Assembly: GCA_050248855.1 (NCBI GenBank)
Contig: JBFWRP010000043.1
Coordinates: forward strand, 1 to 25,741
Length of the DNA stretch: 25,741 nucleotides
Direction of reading: 5' to 3'
Origin: Planctomycetota bacterium
Lineage (GTDB): Bacteria > Planctomycetota > PLA2 > JAEUHO01
In this document: positions 1 through 7,172 of the stretch, piece by piece
How positions within the stretch are numbered: the stretch's first letter is position 1
How the letters are laid out: every line of letters begins with the position of its first letter
Program-made: the position numbers and the translations under genes
The notes under the pieces: model-generated
The model's database searches: none
What the model was told of the DNA's origin: nothing
The model's input: only the letters and a program-made list of their open reading frames with translations

Positions 1-40
1 TGGGGGGCGCCTTCAGGGCCTACGGCCCTTCAGGCCAAGA

Positions 41-62
41 CATGGGGGGCAAGCCCCCCATG
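41..62. repeat. Perfect GC-rich inverted repeat CATGGGGGGC-AA-GCCCCCCATG
   Basis: 10-bp perfect inverted repeat read directly. TGGGGGGC also occurs at 1-8, and a small AGGGCC-TAC-GGCCCT hairpin lies at 15-29. Probably part of a repeat cut by the window edge. Confidence 0.6.
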
Positions 63-122
63 ATCCCCCCTCCTGCCGTGCACAGGTGTAGATGTCGTTC
101 GTGCAACTCTGTAGTTGACGTC

Positions 123-278
123 GGGCACTTGCCCACGTTGCCGCTGCGCGGCGCCGCGGCAAGGGTCCTGACACATCCGGGGTCGCTCTGACACCCAAGT
201 GCGCCGGTCGGCGAACCGCGTCCCCTGCGTGTCGGTTCTTCATGTCGACGGCAAGGGTCCTGACACCTCCGGGGTCGC
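123..278 (-). repeat. Mosaic of two family-C hairpin repeats plus linker (minus orientation), just downstream of the hydrolase stop codon
   Basis: Reverse complement of 123-186 (GCGACCCCGGATGTGTCAGGACCCTTGCCGCGGCGCCGCGCAGCGGCAACGTGGGCAAGTGCCC) matches 8782-8845. 218-278 carries both C arms with a shortened centre. 187-217 resembles the linker at 10661-10698. Confidence 0.85.
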
Positions 279-282
279 GACC

Positions 283-1908
283 TCAGGGCACCAACACGAG
301 CTGGGCGCGGTAGCGGGGGATGCCGCCGTCGCGCCAAGCCTCGGTGAGGACGTAGGCCGGGTGCTCGCGCGGGACGGCCTCGTAGCGGGTCTTGCCGTTG
401 ATGACGACGGTGAGCGGCTTGTCGAGGTCGATCTGCTCCGCGGACAGGTGCAGCCGCAGGCGCTTCACGCCCGTGGTGCGGATCTCGATGCGGTCGCGCG
501 CCACGATGCGCGCCTCGATGACGCCGGCCGGGTCCCCCGCACCGGGGCCTTGCGGCTGTCGCGGCTCGAGATCCGAGGCCACGATGGCCGGACGCGTCTT
601 CACTTCCACGCGCTCCCCGTCGCGCTCGAACACGAACACGCCGTCGCGGTCTTCCGACGACAGCGTGTCCAACACCTCGCGCAAGACGGCGAGGTCCTGC
701 GCGGTGCGGATGGCTTGGCCTTCCACCTCCACGAGGACGTCGCCCTCCCTCACGTCCGCCTTGGCGGCGGCACTTCCGGGCTCCACCTCACGGATCCGCA
801 CGCCGGGGCCGGCGTAGTCGGTGTCCAGCGTCACGCCCAGGCGCGGGCGGGACTCGGCCGCGGGAATCGGCAGCAGCTCGGTCGAGAGGCCGTCGGCACC
901 CTTCGGCTCGACTGCCGTCTCCATGACCTCCACCCAGTCGCAGCGGCCGTCGAGCCACGGAACGCTCGATTGCCAACGCACCTCGGACTTGAGCGCGCGC
1001 GGGTGTGCGTCCCAGAACGCCTTCATCGCTTCCCACTCGCCGGGCAACGCCGTGAAGTCGTGCCCGGTGTCGGGGCGATCGCTCCAGGTGAGATCGCAGC
1101 CCGCGGCCTCGAGCTCGTCCATGAGCGGCTGCAGGCGCTCGGTGGGGTACAGCGTGTCCTTGCCGCCGTGGATGGCCCAGACGGGGCGCGAACCCGCGTT
1201 GGCCGCCGCGCTGGGTCCGCCCATCAGCCGCGTCACCAAGGGCTGGCCCATCAACACCAGGAAGCAGCAGAACGGCTCGGGGTGGTGAAGCAGCAGGTGG
1301 AAGCAGCCGCTCGCGCCATCGCTGAAGCCGCCGCAGGCGATGCGATCGGCGTCCACGTTGTAGCTGCGACGCACGTCGGCCAGGGCGCCCCGGATCACGC
1401 CCACGCCGCCCGGTGTCCACCACTCCGCTCGCAGGCGGCCGGAGGGGCAGAGCAGCAGGAAGCCCTCCTCGGCGGCCTTCTCGGCCCAGAGACGCAGCCC
1501 CGTGGCTCCGCCGCCGTCCTCGTCACGCGCCACGCCGCCGTGCAACCACACGAGCAGCTTCATGGGCGTGGCCGGGTCGTACGTGTTGGGGATCACGAGG
1601 TAGCAGGTGTGTTCCTTGCCGCCGGGCCCGGCGCGCTTCCACGCGTGGATGGTGCCCTTGGGTACATCCGTCTTGAAGGCGCGTCCGGCGTCCACGGCGG
1701 CGGCGACCTCACGGGCCGTCGCGCCGCTGCCGATCAACCGCAGCGCCCACGCCCCGCGAGCCACGACGTCCTCGTCTTCCCACCACGCCGCGGCCTGGGC
1801 CACGAGCTCGCCGTGCGGTTGCCCGTCCGCCTCGTCGGCGCCGGCACGGCGTCCACCAGCGCCGACGGCCAGCAGGGCCGCGGCGAACCAGGGGAACAAG
1901 CGCTTCAT
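283..1908 (-). CDS. Exported alpha/beta hydrolase (esterase/peptidase-like) with a PDZ domain
   Basis: N-terminal signal-like MKRLFPWFAAALLAVG; LLVWLHGG oxyanion strand; nucleophile motif GFSDG; HGGKD (Asp) and DTGH (His); PDZ-like RPRLGV...GVRIREVEPGSAAAKADVREGDVLVEVEG. GGAGGAG Shine-Dalgarno upstream of the ATG. Confidence 0.85.
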   Translation of the reverse strand: MKRLFPWFAAALLAVGAGGRRAGADEADGQPHGELVAQAAAWWEDEDVVARGAWALRLIGSGATAREVAAAVDAGRAFKTDVPKGTIHAWKRAGPGGKEHTCYLVIPNTYDPATPMKLLVWLHGGVARDEDGGGATGLRLWAEKAAEEGFLLLCPSGRLRAEWWTPGGVGVIRGALADVRRSYNVDADRIACGGFSDGASGCFHLLLHHPEPFCCFLVLMGQPLVTRLMGGPSAAANAGSRPVWAIHGGKDTLYPTERLQPLMDELEAAGCDLTWSDRPDTGHDFTALPGEWEAMKAFWDAHPRALKSEVRWQSSVPWLDGRCDWVEVMETAVEPKGADGLSTELLPIPAAESRPRLGVTLDTDYAGPGVRIREVEPGSAAAKADVREGDVLVEVEGQAIRTAQDLAVLREVLDTLSSEDRDGVFVFERDGERVEVKTRPAIVASDLEPRQPQGPGAGDPAGVIEARIVARDRIEIRTTGVKRLRLHLSAEQIDLDKPLTVVINGKTRYEAVPREHPAYVLTEAWRDGGIPRYRAQLVLVP

Positions 1909-1945
1909 GGTGTCTCCTCCGACGTGCGGGTCGGTCGGCCTCTCG

Positions 1946-3376
1946 TCAGGCCTTGGTCAGCTCTTGGCCGTCGCTGGTGTCCTTGACGACGAGGCCGTGC
2001 TGGTCGCGCAGGACATCGCGCAAGCGATCGGACTCGGCCCAGCTGCGCGCGGCGCGCGCCGCGGCCCGCTGCTCGAGCAGCGCCTGCACCTCGGGCGAAA
2101 GCGCCGGGCCCTCTTCCTCCAGGGCGAGGCCCAGCACGCGGTCCGCGCGGTCCATCAGGGCCACGACGGCCGCCGCATCCGCAGCCGCCAACGCCTCGCC
2201 ATGGGCCTGGCGGTTGGCCTCGCCCACGGCGTCGTGCACGGCGGCGATGGCCTCGCTGGTGGCGAGGTCGTCGTCCATGGCCGCCGTGAAGCGGTCCTCG
2301 AACGCCTGGAAGGCCGCCGACGCCTGCGCGCCCTCGGCCAGCTTGGCGAAGCGCGCCCGTGCCTCGACCAAGCCGCGGCGCGTGGCGTGGGCGCGGTCCA
2401 TCGCGCTCCACGAGAAGTCGAGCGAATGGCGGTAGTGCGAGGTGGCCACGAGGTAGCGGAACGACGCGGGGCCGTCGGGCCCGCAGCGGTCGATCACGTC
2501 CTCGATCGTGTAGAAGTTCTTGAGGCTCTTCGACATCTTGCCGCCGTCCACGCGCAGGTGGCGACGGTGCAGCCAGACGCGCACGAAGGGCGAGTGGCCC
2601 GTCGCGGCTTCGGACTGCGCGATCTCGTTCTGGTGGTGCGGGAAGAGCAGGTCCTCGCCGCCCATGTGGATGTCGAACTCCTCACCGAGGATGTCCATCG
2701 ACATCACGGAGCACTCGATGTGCCAGCCGGGCCGCCCCTCGAGGACGCGCGGCGTACCGTCGATCATGAACGTGGGCGACCAGCGCACGTCGCCGTCGGC
2801 AGGCACGTACGCCTTCCACAGCGCGAAGTCGGCGACCTCGTCCTTCTCGTACTCGTCGGCCGCAACCCGACCGCTGGCCCCCGCCTGCAGCGACTCGGGA
2901 TCCAGGTGCGCCAGCTCGCCGTACGTCGGGAACGACGCGACGCGGTAGTAGATGCTGCCGTCTTCGGCCACGTAGGCGTGGCCCTTGTCCAGCAAGGTCT
3001 GGATCATCGCGACCATGCCGTCGATGTGCTCGGTCGCCAGCGGCAGGTGGTCGATCATGCGTCGGGCGTCGAGCTGCTCGAGGCCCTTCAGGTAGATCGC
3101 GGTCCACTTGTCGGTGAACGACTTGCGATCCATGCCGGCCGCCCGGCTGTCCCGGATGATCTTGTCCTCGACATCCGTGATGTTCTGGACGTACGTCACC
3201 TCGTAGCGCTCGCGCAGCCAACGCACGAGGACGTCGGCAGCCACGAACGTGGACCAGTTGCCGATGTGGACGTGTCCGTAGACCGTGGGACCGCAGGTGT
3301 AGACGCCGACCTTCGGCGGGTGGAGCGGCTCGAAGGGCTCCACCCGGCGCGTCAGGGAGTTGTAGAGAGAGAGCAT
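1946..3376 (-). CDS. cysS: Cysteine--tRNA ligase
   Basis: MLSLYNSLTR start, CGPTVY...HIGN, NITDVEDKII, DFALWK, GRPGWHIECS, DIHMGGEDLLFPHHQNEIAQS, KMSKSLKN, and a C-terminal anticodon-binding region with D.LRD. Start moved to the ATG at 3376. Confidence 0.97.
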   Translation of the reverse strand: MLSLYNSLTRRVEPFEPLHPPKVGVYTCGPTVYGHVHIGNWSTFVAADVLVRWLRERYEVTYVQNITDVEDKIIRDSRAAGMDRKSFTDKWTAIYLKGLEQLDARRMIDHLPLATEHIDGMVAMIQTLLDKGHAYVAEDGSIYYRVASFPTYGELAHLDPESLQAGASGRVAADEYEKDEVADFALWKAYVPADGDVRWSPTFMIDGTPRVLEGRPGWHIECSVMSMDILGEEFDIHMGGEDLLFPHHQNEIAQSEAATGHSPFVRVWLHRRHLRVDGGKMSKSLKNFYTIEDVIDRCGPDGPASFRYLVATSHYRHSLDFSWSAMDRAHATRRGLVEARARFAKLAEGAQASAAFQAFEDRFTAAMDDDLATSEAIAAVHDAVGEANRQAHGEALAAADAAAVVALMDRADRVLGLALEEEGPALSPEVQALLEQRAAARAARSWAESDRLRDVLRDQHGLVVKDTSDGQELTKA

Positions 3377-3429
3377 GGCGACAACCTCGCCATCACGCGG
3401 TCTCCTCGGAAGGGCGGTCGGCCCGGGGT

Positions 3430-3918
3430 CTAACGCGTCGGGGGATCCGAAGCGTCGGGTTCGAAGTCGGGCGTCGGCCGAGGCGCCTCGCCCCGGTCGT
3501 CGCGCAGCGCATTCTGCACGGCCCACAAGGTGTACCTGAACTTCTCCGCGGCGTCCGCAGGGCGATCGGGTGCCCCGAGCGCCTCGAACCAGGGGTCCAG
3601 CGCGGCCTCCGCGAAGGGGTCAAGGGCCAGGATCGCGTCGGCGGAGCGACCCCGCGCCCAGCGGCCCAGGATGTCGGCGGCCACGTACATGGCCGGGTTG
3701 CAGAGGTTGCAGCCCATGGAGATCCCCTCGACGCGGCCGTCGGCCACGCGCAGCCGGACCTCCAGCACGTTCTTGCCGCCCCCGCGGCAGCCCTCGACCG
3801 TCGAGCGGCCCGTGGGCTCGCCCGCCAAGGGACGGAAGGCCTCGGGCACCTCGCCGCGTCCCCCCACCGCGAAGATGCGCTCCGCGTAGTGGCGACGGAC
3901 GGCGTGCGAGATCGTCAT
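3430..3918 (-). CDS. Atypical IscU/SufU (NifU N-terminal)-like protein
   Basis: Size, 4-bp ATGA overlap with the desulfurase stop, and pattern GC...LEVRLRVADGRVEGISMGC...AAD...ARGRS...AVQNAL match the IscU/SufU fold. The Cys pattern is non-canonical. Confidence 0.7.
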   Translation of the reverse strand: MTISHAVRRHYAERIFAVGGRGEVPEAFRPLAGEPTGRSTVEGCRGGGKNVLEVRLRVADGRVEGISMGCNLCNPAMYVAADILGRWARGRSADAILALDPFAEAALDPWFEALGAPDRPADAAEKFRYTLWAVQNALRDDRGEAPRPTPDFEPDASDPPTR

Positions 3919-5252
3919 GCGCCTTCGTCCATGGCAGCGACGGGGTCGGCCAGCACGCCCTTGACGATGTCGGCGAAGACGTCGAGCTCGTCGAGCGTGT
4001 TGTAGAAGTAGACGCTGACGCGCAGGTTGTTGGCGGCGCTGCCGCGCGCGTCGAAGCGCTCGTGCAGGTAGGCGTTCGAGCAGAACATGCCGACGCGCAC
4101 CATGACGTTGGCCTGGCGGTCGGCGTGCCGCTCGATGGCGTTGATGAGCGCGCCGCTGTGGCTGGCCAGCGTGAGGACGCCGCCGCGCTGGTCGGCATCG
4201 ACGGGGCCGAGCAGCTGGAGATGGTCGCCGAGCAACGGCAGCAAGCGGTCGGTGAGGTGTCGGTTCAACCGACGCTCGTGCGCTTCGATGGCCTCGAAGC
4301 CCACGTGGTCACGCACGTAGCGGATAGCCGCGGCCGTCCCGACGATGCCGGCGTAATGCTGCAAGCCCGCCTCGAAGCGGCCGGGGGGCGGCTTGTACTC
4401 CACCCGATCCAGCCATGTGTCGGAGACGGTGTCGCCACCCACGATGAAGGGCTCGAGGCCCGTCAGGGCCTCCTGGCGGCCGTAGAGCACGCCCATCGCC
4501 GTGGGCCCGCACATCTTGTGGATGGAGCACGCCAGGAAGTCGACGCCCAGCGCCTGGACGTCGATGCGCCGATGCGGGACGGTCTGGGCGGCGTCCAGCA
4601 CGAGCACGCCGCCGACCGCGTGCACGCGATCGGCCAGCGCGCGGATGTCGGCGTCGGGGATCCGCGTGCCGTCCAGGTTGCTCGCGTGGCCGATGGCCAG
4701 GACGCGGGTACGGGGCGTGATGGCGGCCAGGGCCTGCTCGAGGTCGAAGGCGCCATCAGGCTTCAAGCCGAACGTGCGGCGCACGACGAGGTCGGCGGTG
4801 CCCGACCGCTTGCGTAGGGCGCGTTCCACCTCGAGCCACGGCACGAGGTTGCTGTTGTGCTCGCGCACGCAGCCGACGACCTCGTCGCCCGGCTCGAGCG
4901 TCAGGCCGTGCGCCACGATGTTGAGCGCCTCGGTGGCGTTGCGCGTCCAGACGATCTCCGACGGCGAGGCCGCGCCGAGCAGCTCGGCCATGAGCCGCCG
5001 TGACTCGACTTCGTGCTCGTGCAGCTCGGCCTGGAACCAGTTGGACAGGCGTCCCTGGGCGTCCAGCCGTCCGCCCCCGCACGTGGGGAAGCTGGCGTAG
5101 TACCCGGTGATGGCCTCGATGACCGACCGGGGCCGGAGCGTCATGCACGTGTTGTTGAGGTAGATCGGCGGCTTGCCGCCACGCCGCCGCGCGAGCGCCG
5201 GGAAGTCCCCGCGCACGTCCCGCGGGTCGAAGGTGTCGACGGCCATCGGCAT
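3915..5252 (-). CDS. sufS: Cysteine desulfurase, SufS/CsdA-like (class V PLP aminotransferase)
   Basis: VRGDFPAL, EIVWTRNATEALN, EHNSNLVPW, LDAAQ, SIHKMCGPT (PLP lysine), RFEAG, RVGMFCS (catalytic-Cys loop, cf. RxGHHCA), RVSVYFYNT. The symbol indicates family, not proven orthology. Confidence 0.85.
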   Translation of the reverse strand: MPMAVDTFDPRDVRGDFPALARRRGGKPPIYLNNTCMTLRPRSVIEAITGYYASFPTCGGGRLDAQGRLSNWFQAELHEHEVESRRLMAELLGAASPSEIVWTRNATEALNIVAHGLTLEPGDEVVGCVREHNSNLVPWLEVERALRKRSGTADLVVRRTFGLKPDGAFDLEQALAAITPRTRVLAIGHASNLDGTRIPDADIRALADRVHAVGGVLVLDAAQTVPHRRIDVQALGVDFLACSIHKMCGPTAMGVLYGRQEALTGLEPFIVGGDTVSDTWLDRVEYKPPPGRFEAGLQHYAGIVGTAAAIRYVRDHVGFEAIEAHERRLNRHLTDRLLPLLGDHLQLLGPVDADQRGGVLTLASHSGALINAIERHADRQANVMVRVGMFCSNAYLHERFDARGSAANNLRVSVYFYNTLDELDVFADIVKGVLADPVAAMDEGA

Positions 5253-5260
5253 GGTGCGTC

Positions 5261-5266
5261 AGGGTA
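5261..5266 (-). promoter_or_regulatory. Putative -10 element (TACCCT) 8 nt upstream of the desulfurase ATG; leaderless-type start
   Basis: TANNNT hexamer at leaderless spacing and no Shine-Dalgarno before the ATG. Confidence 0.4.
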
Positions 5267-5287
5267 CGTGGCGCGGCCGCTCCCCCC

Positions 5288-5385
5288 GTACGGAGTCGGG
5301 TGCGATTCCCACCTCGGGCCGCAACGAGCAGGGGCCGGCGGGAGCGCTTCGCGGCCCGAGGTGGGAATCGCACCCGACTCCGTAC
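5288..5385. repeat. 98-nt REPIN-like hairpin element, subfamily A (variant)
   Basis: GTACGGAGTCGGGTGCGATTCCCACCTCGGGCCG(C) and its perfect reverse complement at 5351-5385. Confidence 0.95.
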
Positions 5386-5424
5386 CTGCGCTCTCGCACC
5401 TCTACGCCGCCCGCCCGAAACGGA

Positions 5425-5430
5425 TACGCT
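5425..5430 (+). promoter_or_regulatory. Putative -10 element (TACGCT) 6 nt upstream of ATG 5437; leaderless-type start
   Basis: TANNNT hexamer at leaderless spacing and no Shine-Dalgarno. Confidence 0.4.
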
Positions 5431-5436
5431 GCCCCC

Positions 5437-7089
5437 ATGCGACCCCCCGTCCTGCTGCTTGCCGCCCTGGCGCTCTTCGCCGCCGTGCCCGCCCGCGCCC
5501 GCGCGGACGCGTCGGAAACGACCCTGACGGTCCCCGTCGGCATCCCGCTCACGAAGGGCGACTTCGACGGCCTCGTCGAGCGCGTGGAGTGGGACGACGC
5601 GGCCCGCCTCGAGCTGGGCCGCGGCGTGAGCGCGCGCTTGAAGCAGCGCTCCGGCACGCTGTTGCTCGCGCTCGAGTGCGATCACGCGTGGCCCGCGGGC
5701 GCACGCGCGCTGCTCTACTTCACGCCACCCGAGGCACCTGAGGGCATCCTCACGCCGGGCACGCTCTCCATCGAGTACGACGCGGTGGAGCACGACCGTC
5801 CCCACCTCATCGTGCGCCGTCAGCTGGAGATGGGGCACGACCGCATCCTGGAGCAGGTCGTCGCCCGCGCCTCGCGCACCACCAGCGGGTGCTCGTGGGA
5901 GATGGCCTTCCCCTTGTCCTTGCTCCCGGGCGCGAAGGCCGGTGCGCCGCTGCCGGCGATCCACGCACTGCTCTGGTGGTACGAGCCGGGCGGGTTGGCA
6001 TCCTGCACGTGGCCCGCTGGCGTGACCGTGAAGGGCGGGGGCCGCGACCTTGCGCCGGGCCTTGCGGACACGCAGGGCTGGGGCGTGCTGCAAGGGCTCG
6101 AGGATCCCCACCAACCCGGCGCGTTCTCCGCCACGGACTGGACGGCCCTGCTTGCCCACCAGGAAGAGATCACGCGCCGCGGCGACGAGGCCCATAGCCA
6201 CGTGCGCCTGCTCGCCGAGGAGCGCAAGAAGAGCCGCAAGAACGACGCGGAGACCACCGCGGCCGTCTTCGAGAACCTCCGCTGGATCGCCAGCTACGAG
6301 CCGTTGACGGCGCGCGACCGGATCGTCTGGGCGCAGGCCCTGCGCTTCCTCAACCGACACGATGCGGCTGCGGCCTTGCTGGAGTCCGTGCAGTCCGACC
6401 TCGAGCCGAGCCTCCGCGGTCGTGCCGCGCAGGAACGCGCCAACGCCCTGGCCGGAGGCGGGCACTACGCCCGGGCGGCCGAGGTGTGGGGCTGGCTCGC
6501 CACCCGACCCGGCCTCGACGAGAGCACGGTGGCGCGTCTGGAGCACATGGTGCGTCTGCTGCGCGAGCGCGAAGCCGCCTTCGCCGCCGAGTGGGAGAAG
6601 CGCGCGGCCCAAGCCGAGACGGCTCCGTTGCTGGAAGTCGTCACGCCGCATGGCTCGCTGGTGATCGCACTGCACGAGCAGGCCGAGCCCGACCTCGTGC
6701 GCCATGTCCTCGGCCTGGTGGAGTCGGGCGCCTACGACGGGACGCTCTGGCACGAGGTGGTCGGCGAGGCGTTTGCCACCGGAGGCTGGGCCGCCACCCG
6801 CGAGCACGGCCTCGACGTGCCGCCGGAGGCACGCGCCGAGCCGGTGACCGTGCCCTACAAGCGCATCACGGTGGACGAGGAGCGGCCGTTCGGCTTCGAG
6901 CGCGGCGCCGTCACCCTGGTAGCGCAGAGCGGCGACACGGTGGGCGGCTCCTGGCGCCTGTTGACCGGCCATCGGCCCGACCTCGCGGTGGACGGCGACC
7001 CGGTCGTGGGCCACGTGCTGTCGGGGATGGACGTGCTGGACCGCATCGACCAGGGCGAGCGCCTGATCCGGGTGCGACGGATCCGGTGA
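5437..7089 (+). CDS. Exported protein with helical (TPR-like) middle region and C-terminal degenerate cyclophilin-type PPIase domain
   Basis: Signal peptide MRPPVLLLAALALFAAVPARARA. C-terminal VVTPHGSLVIAL...P..V.H.L.LVESGAYDGT.WH...FERGAV...VGHVLSGMDVLDRI follows the cyclophilin template. Start reassigned to 5437. Confidence 0.75.
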   Translation: MRPPVLLLAALALFAAVPARARADASETTLTVPVGIPLTKGDFDGLVERVEWDDAARLELGRGVSARLKQRSGTLLLALECDHAWPAGARALLYFTPPEAPEGILTPGTLSIEYDAVEHDRPHLIVRRQLEMGHDRILEQVVARASRTTSGCSWEMAFPLSLLPGAKAGAPLPAIHALLWWYEPGGLASCTWPAGVTVKGGGRDLAPGLADTQGWGVLQGLEDPHQPGAFSATDWTALLAHQEEITRRGDEAHSHVRLLAEERKKSRKNDAETTAAVFENLRWIASYEPLTARDRIVWAQALRFLNRHDAAAALLESVQSDLEPSLRGRAAQERANALAGGGHYARAAEVWGWLATRPGLDESTVARLEHMVRLLREREAAFAAEWEKRAAQAETAPLLEVVTPHGSLVIALHEQAEPDLVRHVLGLVESGAYDGTLWHEVVGEAFATGGWAATREHGLDVPPEARAEPVTVPYKRITVDEERPFGFERGAVTLVAQSGDTVGGSWRLLTGHRPDLAVDGDPVVGHVLSGMDVLDRIDQGERLIRVRRIR

Positions 7090-7172
7090 GACCGGGCAGC
7101 ACACCCCCGCCGGCCTCCACCGCGCCCCGGCCGCCTGCTGCACCGGGCCGCGAGGGACGTTGGAAGGGGGGC

